Shown: positions 9,958 to 20,133 of the stretch, piece by piece | Numbering within the stretch: position 1 is the stretch's first letter | Layout: each line of letters begins with the position of its first letter | Source of the DNA: Candidatus Hydrogenedentota bacterium | Lineage (GTDB): Bacteria > Hydrogenedentota > Hydrogenedentia > Hydrogenedentales > SLHB01 | Assembly (NCBI GenBank): GCA_963745075.1 | Contig: CAVUWV010000010.1 | Location: 160,001-224,000, forward strand | Length of the DNA: 64,000 bases | Reading direction: 5' to 3' | Notes under the pieces: generated by a model | Database searches by the model: none | What the model was told of the DNA's origin: nothing | The model's input: the letters and a program-made list of their open reading frames with translations, nothing else | Program-made: the position numbers and the translations under genes

Positions 9958-10124
9958 TCACATCGGGTTCTCGCCGCGACACCGTGCCGTTTCTGCGACC
10001 TGGTACTCGATTTGTTCGGGGGTCAGCATGACCGGGGACCAGGCAGCGGGTTTTGGATCGGGAACGGTCAACGGAACCGGGTCATCATGCTGGCGTTGCA
10101 GCTCCGCGAGTTTGTCCATCATCG
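9958..10124 (-). pseudogene. Duplicated 3' remnant of the sulfatase gene
   Basis: Homologous to 17233-17399; 10000-10086 is identical to 17275-17361. Encodes MMDKLAELQR...PKPAAWSPVMLTPEQIEYQ. Confidence 0.85.
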
Positions 10125-10364
10125 AGTGGAGAGGTTCCGCGCACCCCGGCTTTGCCGTGCGACCGTTGGTATCGCACACACCAGTGGTGATGCCGGCAGA
10201 TCGTCTCACCAACCGGAACCCGGGGCTTGGTCCTCACCGGAAGCGCACAATCACTTTGCGATATCAGGCACCGCGTGGCTGGGTGATACTCGTATACCCA
10301 GCAGCCATGACCCTCCCAATCACCAGCACGGGCGACGAATTCCATGTTACGTATCAAGTACCGT

Positions 10365-13300
10365 TCATCGACGGCGCAAGACCCTGAGGCCCGCCAGCAT
10401 GGTTGTCGCGCCCAGGAGGATCAGCAGGACACCTGTGGGCGAGGGCACGCTCAGCGCTCTTTCCACAATGGTCAGCATGCCCGGGTAGGATTGCACGGTC
10501 GGGTTGCCGGCAGCATCCACAATACTGATTTGAACGGTGGCCGCACCCAGCGGGTCGATTGCCTCGGGTCGTATTGCGTAAGTAAACGAATATACTTCGG
10601 GGGCTTTACCTCCGGTCTTGACGGCCGGATGCCCGTTCACCGTGACCACCGGCGTGGACGCCAGGGGTTCACTTGACGTGAAGCCTATCGTAACGGTATC
10701 TCCATAACCCGCCGTGGACGGATTCACCGTCACGCCGGAGATGCCGGGAGCGGTGGTGTCAATCGTGACCGTGTAGCTGCCCGAATTTGACCAGTAATTC
10801 GCGACATCCCGCTCCTGTACATACAGCGTGTGCGCACCTTCCGGCAGCGCCGAAACCGGCTGATAGGACGTATCCGTCGTGTCACTCGAGAGCCAGGCGC
10901 CCTCGCTCCAACCGTAGCGGTAATACCCGGTGCCGTAGCCTCCGTCAGACTGCCAAATCCACGTGGGCGTGGCGTTGTTAGTTGGCGATGCCGGGCCCGT
11001 CACCAGCGGTGGATTCGGCATGTCTGAAAATGCGGCTGTCACGTTTACGTCGGCAGTGACATTCGTGTCGGTACGCGGGTTCTGCGTCGAGGCGTCGCTC
11101 CACTGGACGAAGTGGTACCCACCATTCCCTACCGCTTGAACGGCTGAGCCATCCGCGCCGTAATCAACCGTCTGAGGCGTCGTACCCGTGATCGAACCGT
11201 TGGGCCCGGCCGTATATGTGAGGGTGTATTGATTGATCGCAAAACTGGCCGTGACCGTAATGGCGCCGGTGACGTTCAAGTCTGTACGCGGGTTCTGCGT
11301 CGAGGCGTCGCTCCACTGGACAAAGTGGTACCCACCATTTGCTACCGCTTCGACGAGCGAGCCATCCGCGCCGTAATCGACCGTCTGCGGCGTCGTACCC
11401 ATGATCGAACCGTTGGGCTCGGCGAAATACGTGAGGGTGTATTGATTGATCGCAAAACTGGCAGTGACCGTAATGGCGCCGGTGACATTCGTGTCTGTAC
11501 GCGGGTTCTGCGTCGAGGCGTCGCTCCACTGGACAAAGTGGTACCCACCATTTGCTACCGCTTCGACAGCTGAGCCATCCGCGCCGTAATCGACCGTCTG
11601 CGGCGTCGTACCCGTGATCGAACCGTTGGGCCCGGCCGTATACGTGAGGGTGTATTGATTGATCGCAAAACTGGCCGTGACCGTAATGTCGCCGGTGACG
11701 TTCAAATCCGTGCGCGGGTTCTGCGCCGAGGCGTCGCTCCACCCGACGAAGTGATAGCCCGTGTCTGGAACCGCTTCGACGAGCGAGCCGTCTGCCCCGT
11801 GATTGACCGTCTGCGGCGTCGTACCCGTGATCGAACCGTTGGGCCCGGCCGTATACGTGAGGGTGTATTGATCGATCGCAAAATTGGCCGTGACCGTAAT
11901 GTCGCCGGTGACGTTCAAATCCGTGCGCGGGTTCTGCGCCGAGGCGTCGCTCCACCCGACGAAGTGATAGCCCGTGTCTGGAACCGCTTCGACGAGCGAG
12001 CCGTCTGCCCCGTGATTGACCGTCTGCGGCGTCGTACCCGTGATCGAACCGTTGGGCCCGGCCGTATACGTGAGGGTGTATTGATTGATCGCAAAACTGG
12101 CCGTGACCGTAATGTCGCCGGTGACGTTCAAATCCGTGCGCGGGTTCTGCGTCGAGGCGTCGCTCCACTCGACGAAGTGATAGCCCGTGTCTGGAACCGC
12201 TTCGACGAGCGAGCCATCTGCCCCGTGATTGACGGTCTGCGGTGTGGTGCCTGTGATGGAACCGTTGGGCCCGGCCGTGTACGTGAGGGTGTACTGGTTG
12301 ATGGTGAAGACCGCTGTAAGTGTCATGTCCGCCGTGACGTTCGCAACGGTCAACGGGTTGTCGATCGAGTAGTCCGCGCCATACTCAGTCCACTTGGCAA
12401 AGTGGTGGCTTGCTGGAGCGTTGGCTGTTACCTCCGTGCAACTATCGCCGTGTGCGACCGCTTGTGGTGTCGTCCCGGTCAGAGTCGCCCCCGGAGTGCC
12501 GTCGGTCTCGAACGTGACAGTGAACGTGGGTACGGGCGACTCGTCCCATTTCCACAGGTCATTAAGGTAGCCAAAATTTCCGAATTTGTCGCGGCCGTAG
12601 CCACCAAACATCCACGCCGCACCCGAGGCATCTGTCCATGAAGTCGCACCATCGCGCGCGCCGGGGGTATTGTCCAGAGCGGCGATGCCTAGCGTGCCAT
12701 ACGTCCCGTTCTGGTTGACCGACGAAGAGCCCTTCGTCCATATCCAGCTTCCCGTGGCCGGATCGTATTTCCACAAGTCGTTAAGATAGCCTAGGTCCCC
12801 AGGGTCGTCGTAACCCACGCCGCCGAAAAGCCACTGCGCGCCCGCGGCGTCCGACCAGGAAACGGGGTCACGGCGTGCACCGGGGGTGTTGGTTGGATCG
12901 GGCACGCCCAATTCCCCATAGGTCCCCCACTGATTGGTTGTTGAAGCGCCCTTCATCCACGTCCAGTTGCCCGTGACCGGGACATATTTCCACAGATCGT
13001 TAAGATAACCCTCGTTCCCGGTACTGTAACCCCAACCGCCGAAGAGCCACAGTGCACCTGAGCTATCTGTCCAAGAAACGGCGCTATAACGCGAGCCGGG
13101 AGTATTGACCGGAGCGGCCACGCCTAGCGTACCGTAAGTTCCCAACTGGTTACCCGTCGATGAGCCCTTTATCCAGGTCCAGTTACCTGTGGCCGGGTCG
13201 TAATTCCACAGGTCATTCAGTTGAAACCCACTCGCAGCTCCAAGGCCATAACCACCGAAGAGCCACAGCGCATCTGAGCGATCTGTCCAGGACACGGCCC

Positions 13301-16300
13301 GGTAGCGCCCGCCAGGGTTGTTGGCTGGGTTAGACACGCCTACCGTACCGTAGATGCCCCACTCGTTGACCGTCGAAGCGCCCTTGACCCAGGTCCAGTT
13401 GCCCGTAACCGGATCGTATTTCCACAAGTCGTTAAGATAACCTAAGTTCCCGGCGCTGTCATAACCGTAGCCTCCGAAGAGCCACAGTGCACCTACGGTG
13501 TCCGACCAGGAAACAGGAGCTCGCCGCGCACCGGGGGCACTGCCTGGGTCAGAAACTCCCAGCGTGCCGTAAGTCCCCCCTTGGTTGGCCGTCGCAGAGC
13601 CCTTCATCCAGGTCCAGTTGCCCGTAACCGGGTCCTGTTTCCATAAGTCGTTAAGATAGCCTAAGTTCCCGGCGCTGTCGTAACCGTAGCCTCCGAAGAG
13701 CCACAGTGCACCGGCGGCGTCCGACCAGGAAACGGAGTCCCGCCGCGCGCCTGGCGCGTTGCTTGGGTCGGGCATCCCCAGCGTGCCGTAAGTCCCCCCT
13801 TGGTTGGCCGTCGCAGAGCCCTTCATCCAGGTCCACTGAAGGGCTGTCTGCGTTCCGGCGAAATCCAGAATCCAGAAGTCCGCGTCGCTCTCGTCGGAAT
13901 ATAACTCGTCCGTTGTAGAAATCCTGACGCGGTAGTCTGAGTCTTGAACCACGTCGTCGGGCACCAGCCATTCGTAGGATCCATCATTCACGGTGTTATC
14001 GACAATCACGCGATCCAGGATTCCGCCTTTCAATAAATCGATTCGCACATTAGGACCGACGTTGCACCCCCAGTCAACATTATGGGAGGTATTCGTTTTC
14101 AAGTATTCGCCTCCGTTGGGGGCGAACAAAAGGATGCCCTCATTTACGATTAGCGTAACATTCACCGACTGGGGTGAGTTGGTTGCCCCGGGCGCGGCGA
14201 CTAACACCATCTCTGAGTAATTGCCCGCGGACAAGCCGGTCGCATCAATTGCGAGATAGATCAGGTCCGTTTCGTTGGAGCAGTTCCCCGATGTCGCCGC
14301 GAGTGTAAGCCAAGGGGCAGACTCCGACACGGTGTAGTTCATCGTGCCACCCCCTGGATTAGAAATACTAATATAGTGCGCATTCGAGATTTGCCCCGGC
14401 CAGAGATTCTCGTTAATCGCGAGCGGCAACGCCGACAGAACCGGTGCTTGGTCTACAGTCAGTACGACGGGAATGGTTTGCGGGGAATTGGAAGCACCCG
14501 CGTCGGTTATCGTAATGGTGGCTGTGTGCTGCCCAGATCCCAGCACCGAAGCGTCGATGGTCACGGTGATTGCCTCCGGGCTGACCGTCAGCGAACCGGA
14601 AGTAGGGAAACACGTGAGCCACGAGGCATCATCGGTGATCGTGTAATTGAGTGTCCCCCCCCCTGCGTTAAAGACGTTGAATACCTCGTTCGGCGGACTG
14701 CTGCCGAGGTCGCACATAGGGGACAACGTACTGACCGTCAGGCCGATAGCCGGGGTTGCGGGCGGACTGCCCGAGCCTATGATGAAGGAAAGGGCTGGCC
14801 CAGCCGCGTCATAGTCGTGCAAGACCATCCCTGAACTGACGGTACGCCCCGTATCGGTAGTGTGATCCCAGAAGTGGAGTTCCGGGCTGGTCGCATCGCT
14901 CAGGGGATCCGCCCCTTGCGTGGCATGGAACGTGTCGGTCGAATCCGGGGACGGTGAAGGATTGGCGTACCACGGCGAGAAGGACGAAGTGGGTGTGGCC
15001 TCGACGACAAGCGCCTCATATGGAGTCCCGTAGGTCCCGCTTTGCTGTATGGAGCAGTACGTATTGCTCCCACCCTCGAATACATGCCAGACAACAAGTC
15101 CCAAACCCGGCGTAACGCTCGCCAGATGCCCGCCGTAAGGCCCTTCGTACCCCGCGTTGTTCCGATTCTCGATCAGGAAATACTCCTGGCTGTTTGCGGG
15201 ATTCGTGTATTTGTAGAAGTAGTTGCGATCTTCCTGGACCACCGCACGCACATGCGTAGTCGAATCAACTTCAACCACCTCCGACCAGCCGGATTTCATT
15301 TTCAGATAGGGGTCGATATCGGTTGGATGTTTGCCGCCACCGCCGTAGTTGCCGACGCACATGAGACTGTAAAAGCTAACTATGTCTGAATTATTTACAT
15401 AACTGTAGAGGTCCGGATAGAGACAGGTCAAATGTCCGTTCTCGTGGCAGAAGGTCCCGATGGACAACTGGGTCTTCATATCCGTCATCTCGTAGCGGTT
15501 GGCCTTGATGTTATTGGTGGCATCGACGGTCTTGGTCGGGATCGCCCAGCTATGGGGCCATAGTCCGCGCAACCATCCCGACGTACACGTCCCCGCGTAG
15601 AACACATTGATCGAATAAATGTATCCGAAAGTGTCGCGACTGATCGGCGTGAAGTCGAACCCCTGCGCTATGAGAATGTCCAGCGCGGTTTCGACCAATT
15701 CCTGCGCGGTCGAATTGCCCCAGGTTCCATCCACATCATTGTCGTAATACGTTTTGGGCAAGGGCATGCGCACGTATGCCGTGACAACGTTGTTAAAATT
15801 GAATTTTCCCTCGGACTGAATGCTGAAAAACTCATTGATCGAGCAGGCGTTGCCGAACTCCGTGTACCCGCTGGGCTGATTGCAGTAGTTGTCGACCTGC
15901 GCTGGCGTAATCGTGCCCGGCTCGTCCGGGAAATCCACCAGGATGCACAAGCCGACAAAGTCGCCGACGGTCGTGCGGGACGGCGGCGAGGGGTACGGTC
16001 CGGTTATGGCTTTGGTCGCCGGCAGTTGCCCGTCCGGCAACAAGGGACGGCCTTTGGAGTCAACACGATGCTCGACTTGAGACTCTTGAACTCGCGTGAG
16101 CACCGTTTGGATCGGCAGCGTTTGGGATGCGGGCGCGGCGCCGGCGGAAACGGCCAAGGCGTGATTGGAAGCGATTGACTTGGCCGAAGCGGTTACCACG
16201 GGAATGCCCGTCGATTCGAATGCCTGGCCGGAAGCGTCGAGCCGGGCGTAACACCAGAACCCGCTTTGGGGATCCTTGATCACCTCATATCCTTCCAGTG

Positions 16301-16481
16301 TTCTTTGGTACGCGAAAAACTCGTCGCCGTAGAGTTTGACTTGGAAGGTCGACCCGTCTGGCTGGTGGTAGGTGAATGTCTCTTCGCCGTGATAGGGAAT
16401 GGCCATGGCGATGGGCGCCAGCAAGAGCATGCAACATGCCACGACGACAATACACTTAGTTTTGATCGCAAGTGATTTCAT
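10365..16481 (-). CDS. Giant M6 metalloprotease (2038 aa): M6 + BACON-like + six kelch-like repeats + InlB-B/Flg_new-like repeats + Ig-like + TM/Arg tail
   Basis: IGTFCHENGHLTCLYPDLY; first ~870 aa paralogous to 6893-9613; six WTWxKG...LWLFGG...LNDLW repeats; tail SVPSPTG-TM-RRR. Confidence 0.9.
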   Translation of the reverse strand: MKSLAIKTKCIVVVACCMLLLAPIAMAIPYHGEETFTYHQPDGSTFQVKLYGDEFFAYQRTLEGYEVIKDPQSGFWCYARLDASGQAFESTGIPVVTASAKSIASNHALAVSAGAAPASQTLPIQTVLTRVQESQVEHRVDSKGRPLLPDGQLPATKAITGPYPSPPSRTTVGDFVGLCILVDFPDEPGTITPAQVDNYCNQPSGYTEFGNACSINEFFSIQSEGKFNFNNVVTAYVRMPLPKTYYDNDVDGTWGNSTAQELVETALDILIAQGFDFTPISRDTFGYIYSINVFYAGTCTSGWLRGLWPHSWAIPTKTVDATNNIKANRYEMTDMKTQLSIGTFCHENGHLTCLYPDLYSYVNNSDIVSFYSLMCVGNYGGGGKHPTDIDPYLKMKSGWSEVVEVDSTTHVRAVVQEDRNYFYKYTNPANSQEYFLIENRNNAGYEGPYGGHLASVTPGLGLVVWHVFEGGSNTYCSIQQSGTYGTPYEALVVEATPTSSFSPWYANPSPSPDSTDTFHATQGADPLSDATSPELHFWDHTTDTGRTVSSGMVLHDYDAAGPALSFIIGSGSPPATPAIGLTVSTLSPMCDLGSSPPNEVFNVFNAGGGTLNYTITDDASWLTCFPTSGSLTVSPEAITVTIDASVLGSGQHTATITITDAGASNSPQTIPVVLTVDQAPVLSALPLAINENLWPGQISNAHYISISNPGGGTMNYTVSESAPWLTLAATSGNCSNETDLIYLAIDATGLSAGNYSEMVLVAAPGATNSPQSVNVTLIVNEGILLFAPNGGEYLKTNTSHNVDWGCNVGPNVRIDLLKGGILDRVIVDNTVNDGSYEWLVPDDVVQDSDYRVRISTTDELYSDESDADFWILDFAGTQTALQWTWMKGSATANQGGTYGTLGMPDPSNAPGARRDSVSWSDAAGALWLFGGYGYDSAGNLGYLNDLWKQDPVTGNWTWMKGSATANQGGTYGTLGVSDPGSAPGARRAPVSWSDTVGALWLFGGYGYDSAGNLGYLNDLWKYDPVTGNWTWVKGASTVNEWGIYGTVGVSNPANNPGGRYRAVSWTDRSDALWLFGGYGLGAASGFQLNDLWNYDPATGNWTWIKGSSTGNQLGTYGTLGVAAPVNTPGSRYSAVSWTDSSGALWLFGGWGYSTGNEGYLNDLWKYVPVTGNWTWMKGASTTNQWGTYGELGVPDPTNTPGARRDPVSWSDAAGAQWLFGGVGYDDPGDLGYLNDLWKYDPATGSWIWTKGSSSVNQNGTYGTLGIAALDNTPGARDGATSWTDASGAAWMFGGYGRDKFGNFGYLNDLWKWDESPVPTFTVTFETDGTPGATLTGTTPQAVAHGDSCTEVTANAPASHHFAKWTEYGADYSIDNPLTVANVTADMTLTAVFTINQYTLTYTAGPNGSITGTTPQTVNHGADGSLVEAVPDTGYHFVEWSDASTQNPRTDLNVTGDITVTASFAINQYTLTYTAGPNGSITGTTPQTVNHGADGSLVEAVPDTGYHFVGWSDASAQNPRTDLNVTGDITVTANFAIDQYTLTYTAGPNGSITGTTPQTVNHGADGSLVEAVPDTGYHFVGWSDASAQNPRTDLNVTGDITVTASFAINQYTLTYTAGPNGSITGTTPQTVDYGADGSAVEAVANGGYHFVQWSDASTQNPRTDTNVTGAITVTASFAINQYTLTYFAEPNGSIMGTTPQTVDYGADGSLVEAVANGGYHFVQWSDASTQNPRTDLNVTGAITVTASFAINQYTLTYTAGPNGSITGTTPQTVDYGADGSAVQAVGNGGYHFVQWSDASTQNPRTDTNVTADVNVTAAFSDMPNPPLVTGPASPTNNATPTWIWQSDGGYGTGYYRYGWSEGAWLSSDTTDTSYQPVSALPEGAHTLYVQERDVANYWSNSGSYTVTIDTTAPGISGVTVNPSTAGYGDTVTIGFTSSEPLASTPVVTVNGHPAVKTGGKAPEVYSFTYAIRPEAIDPLGAATVQISIVDAAGNPTVQSYPGMLTIVERALSVPSPTGVLLILLGATTMLAGLRVLRRR
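11019..12296 (-). repeat. Six tandem 213-bp (71-aa) intragenic repeats, preceded by a degenerate seventh copy
   Basis: GAACCGTTGGGC recurs at 213-bp spacing; protein unit QYTLTYTAGPNGSITGTTPQTV... Confidence 0.9.
12540..13838 (-). repeat. Six kelch-like ~72-aa repeats (probable beta-propeller)
   Basis: Repeated WTWxKGxS...PGAR...SW.D..GALWLFGG.G...YLNDLWKY. Confidence 0.8.
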
Positions 16482-16956
16482 TTTAGGCCGTCCTCTCCTC
16501 TTGCTCGAAAACTGAAAGCTTAGGATTTACATGGCGTGTCAGTGCATTCGTTCCGAGTTAAATGTGATGCGCGGACAATTGTTGCCGACTGTAAACCCCA
16601 TCCCCTCCTGCGACCCACCGAAGCAATGTCACAGGCCTAGAACGATCCTTAGCCCAAGCCTCTTCTATTGCCCCGCTTGTAGACGGCAACGTCTACTATA
16701 GGTCCGGTGTTCATTTCGTAATCCAGGGAACGGTTCGGCCGCGCGGGTTGAATTTGGGGATAGACGTTGAGGCGTGAAGAAGGTCGTGGGCTGTGTCTTG
16801 GCCGTCGGGATTGCCGCACGCTCCGACCGGCCGTTCCGAATCCATCACAAGTCGTTTCCCTTTGAATCAACCCCTGTGAACGGCGAACACCTACTCGGCA
16901 GCAGCAGGCTTCCCGTTCCCCCAAGCTCAGAAGCGCTGTATGCACTTAGCGACAAT

Positions 16957-16986
16957 ACAGTACGCTTGGAGTGCGGATACTGTCAA
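16957..16986 (-). promoter_or_regulatory. Putative sigma70 promoter of the giant M6 gene (TTGACA-N18-TACTGT)
   Basis: Minus-strand motif homologous in position to 9913-9942. Confidence 0.45.
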
Positions 16987-16988
16987 TC

Positions 16989-17019
16989 GCTCATTTCGAG
17001 TAGTGCTCATTTCGAGTAG
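16989..17019. repeat. 15-bp direct repeat GCTCATTTCGAGTAG x2
   Basis: Copies at 16989-17003 and 17005-17019, immediately upstream of the predicted -35. Confidence 0.85.
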
Positions 17020-17232
17020 ATTTTTGCTTGAGGCAACGTGCCGCTGACCTTGCGTTGGGAGTGATTAGACGATAAGAACAGGAGCATTGCTAACTCGTTA
17101 TTCCGTCTGTCTTGGGTAATCTTCAGTATGGAAGTGTTGGAGCGCGCAAGCAGCGACTTATCCTCATTGCTTGCAGCATTTTGCGTGTGCGCAGTCCTTG
17201 GCCGCGTGATTGCCAGCATTCCCGGCTCACGG

Positions 17233-18637
17233 CTACATGGGCTTGTTCGCGCGGCAGCGCTCCGTTTCCGCAATCTGGTACTCGATTTGTTCGGGGGTCA
17301 GCATGACCGGGGACCAGGCAGCGGGTTTTGGATCGGGAACGGTCAACGGAACCGGGTCATCGTAGTGGCGTTGAAGCTCGGCGAGTTTGTCCATCATCGT
17401 CTGGATACGTTCCGCGTGTTCCGGATTTGCAGCGAGGTCGTTTGCTTCGAGCGGGTCGGTTTCCAGGTCGAACAATTGCGTCTTGTCGATCAAGGGATAG
17501 CGAATGATCTTCCAACGGCCATCGGTCACCGATCGTTGGCAGTCCGTATACGCGGTGTACAACCAGTCGCGTAGGCCGGATGAGCTATCGTTGATAACCG
17601 GCGCCAGGCTTTTCCCTTCGACGGCTGCCGGGTTGGCCACTCCCGCCAACTCGCACACGGCGGGGAAGATGTCCATGAGATAGGCCAGCGCGTCCGTGTC
17701 GCCTTCCGGGATGCCGGGACCCGCGAACACCATGGGCACGTGCATCCCGCCGAACTCATAGAGGTTCTGCTTGCCGAGGAGGCCATGATCGCCCAGCGAT
17801 AGGCCGTTGTCCCCCGCGATGACGAAGATCGTGTTGTCGTACTGCCCCGCGTCCTTCAAGGCCTGCAACAGCCGCCCGACTTCCGAGTCGAGATACGCAA
17901 TCGATGCGTAATATCGCGCGAGCTTGCCTTTGACGTCCTCGGGTGTGCGCGGGAAGGGCAGGGTCATCTCGTCGCGAATGGTCATGGCGCCGTTGTCAAA
18001 GGGTTGATACGGGGCGAATCGCTTCGGCAAGGGGACGTCTTGCGGAGGGTACTGGGCATAGAAACTCTCCGGGGCATACTGCGGATCGTGGGGCTCGCGT
18101 CCCGCCATGTAGATGAACATGGGGGACTTCGACGCCTTACGGCCGATGAAGTCGACGACCTTGTCGGCCACCGCAGTCGCCCAGCCCGGATCGTACGTTT
18201 CATCGAACTCGTCCGTGATTTTCTTGGGTGAGTTTCCGAACTTCCCCGCGTGCATCGTGGCATACCCCGCGTCCTTCATCACTCGGGGGAAGGTGTGGGT
18301 CGCGGGATCGTCGCCGCTGGCCGTGTTGGTCGCGTGAAAGAGCGAGCGACCCGTCAGCATCATCGTACGGCTGGGCAGGCAGACCGCCCCCACCATCGCC
18401 CCCATCGTGTATGTCCGGTCGAAAGCGACACCCGCGATTCACCAGCGAATCGAGGTTGGGCGTCTTGACCATCGGATTCCCCAGCGAAGCCAATCCGTCC
18501 GGCCGCAGATCGTCTATATAGAAGAACACCACGTTCGGCCGTTCCGGCGCCTGCGCCCTCACACGTCCCGCCGCCATCGCCGTCATCACCGACGCCGACC
18601 CGTATTTCAGAAACGTTCTTCGTGTCGTCTCGCGCAT
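17233..18637 (-). CDS. Tat-exported sulfatase (single frameshift near 18422)
   Basis: TRRTFLK Tat signal and RPNVVFFYIDDL, TPNLD in one frame; formylglycine motif CLPSR, PHDP, GDNG, GKQNLYE in the next frame. Removing one T joins them. Confidence 0.85.
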
Positions 18638-18819
18638 TCTTGAAAACCTCCGATTGCAGGGCCGGGCGCGGTTCTGGGCCGCGTTCTCCGAACACTTGGT
18701 ATTGCCCCGATGGTAACGTACGAAGTTGCTGTGCGCAACGCGATGGGGACTTGGAAAACCTCACAGAAAAGACGAGGAGGAGTATAAAGCGCCAGCCCCC
18801 GTGATCGCTTTTTCCCGAT

Positions 18820-19431
18820 TTGGCATATACTGGATGCAAGACCACGTGGAGTAGTCTTTTGGAAGACCTGCGGGACACCGAACTGATGTTGCTGGTCCGG
18901 GAGGGGGATGAGTCCGCCTTTTCGGAACTCTTTGATCGGTATAACCGCAAACTCCTCGACTTCTTCTATGGCATGAGCCGCGACACCCAGTTGGCGGAGG
19001 ACTTGTGTCTGGAAACCTTCGCCCGGATTTGGCACCTCCGGCGCAGGTATGCCGCCACCGGCTCGTTTCCCGCGTACCTGTTCACCTGCGCCCGCAACAT
19101 CTGGCTGGAGAAGTGCCGACACCTGGGAAAACAGTGGCGTCTGGGCACGGCCCTGTCGATTGACGAGGATAACGGGTCAGACATCCCCGCCGGAATCGCT
19201 TCCCGGCCCGACGAATCCGCGTCCCGGTCTGAAATCGAGCAGCATATTCTGAATGCCCTCGCGGAATTGCCGGATGAACAGCGCATGGTCTTCGTCATGC
19301 GAACCATAGAAGGCCTCGCGCTGGACGATATCGCCGCCGTGCTCCAGTGTCCCGTTAACACCGTGCGGTCGCGGAAGTTACTGGCGATCAAAAAGCTGCG
19401 CGAAGCATTGAAGGGAATCCTCGTGATCTGA
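18820..19431 (+). CDS. ECF sigma factor (sigma70 group 4)
   Basis: GDESAFSELFDRY, AEDLCLETF, FPAYLFTCARN, LAELPDEQRMVFVMR, PVNTVRSR. True start may be TTG ~18859. Confidence 0.9.
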   Translation: MAYTGCKTTWSSLLEDLRDTELMLLVREGDESAFSELFDRYNRKLLDFFYGMSRDTQLAEDLCLETFARIWHLRRRYAATGSFPAYLFTCARNIWLEKCRHLGKQWRLGTALSIDEDNGSDIPAGIASRPDESASRSEIEQHILNALAELPDEQRMVFVMRTIEGLALDDIAAVLQCPVNTVRSRKLLAIKKLREALKGILVI

Positions 19432-19494
19432 CCGATGTGAAAAGGTCATGGAATTATATGAATTCATACTGCATACAAACGGAGAATTTGGGTC

Positions 19495-20028
19495 ATGCAA
19501 TGCGAAAAGGTACGAGAAAAGTTCGTCGATTACATCGATGACAACGTCCGTTTCACCGAGCGAATATGCGTGGAAGTTCACGTCGCCCGATGTTACGCCT
19601 GCCGGGAGGAACTGGAGGAGTTGACCCAGCTTCGCGACCTGTGCCGTTCTGCCGTACGCCATCCCGGAATGAGTGACGGCTTTTCCCGGTTGCAGGGTCG
19701 AATCGCCGCCTCCGAGGCGCTGACGCGCTCGCAGGGCGTTTGGGGCTCGGAAAACTGGCGCAACGCCGCGAAGAAACTGGCGGCAGCGGCGGTGGTGTTG
19801 TTCGTGCTCGGCATTTCCTCACCCTTGATTCGGCAGACCCGTTTGCTCGCCCATCAACTGCGGGACGCCACGGGAGAAGCGCAAACCACCGTGGAGGTCG
19901 TACCGAGCTTGACCCGTCCCTTTGTTCTCCGCAGGAATGAGCTGGAACTGGAGGCGCGGCTGGCCGAGTCGGCGAAACCGCCCGAATCGCGGTCGCAAGA
20001 ACCCCCTTCCCATACCCCGCCCGGATGA
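19495..20028 (+). CDS. Zinc-finger (zf-HC2) anti-sigma factor with one TM helix
   Basis: MQCEKV...HVARCYAC (HxxxCxxC); TM AAAAVVLFVLGIS; directly downstream of the ECF gene. Confidence 0.8.
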   Translation: MQCEKVREKFVDYIDDNVRFTERICVEVHVARCYACREELEELTQLRDLCRSAVRHPGMSDGFSRLQGRIAASEALTRSQGVWGSENWRNAAKKLAAAAVVLFVLGISSPLIRQTRLLAHQLRDATGEAQTTVEVVPSLTRPFVLRRNELELEARLAESAKPPESRSQEPPSHTPPG

Positions 20029-20133
20029 TCGCTTTTGCCTTCGCCGGTCATTAGATGATGGGGCGGGGGAGGCCGGACTTGCTTCGGAACCGGCCCCCTG
20101 CGAATCCCCCAAGAACTGTGAAGGAGCGGCAAC

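Noticed and set aside
9958..10212. 84-aa ORF as a functional small protein
   Set aside because: It is the duplicated sulfatase C-terminus fused to unrelated sequence and lacks the catalytic motifs.
11019..12296. Regular repeats as a possible CRISPR array
   Set aside because: The units are 213-bp in-frame coding repeats with no unique spacers, and no cas genes are present.
19457..19468. Perfect palindrome TATGAATTCATA between the ECF and anti-sigma genes
   Set aside because: Single occurrence with no second site noticed; insufficient to call an operator.
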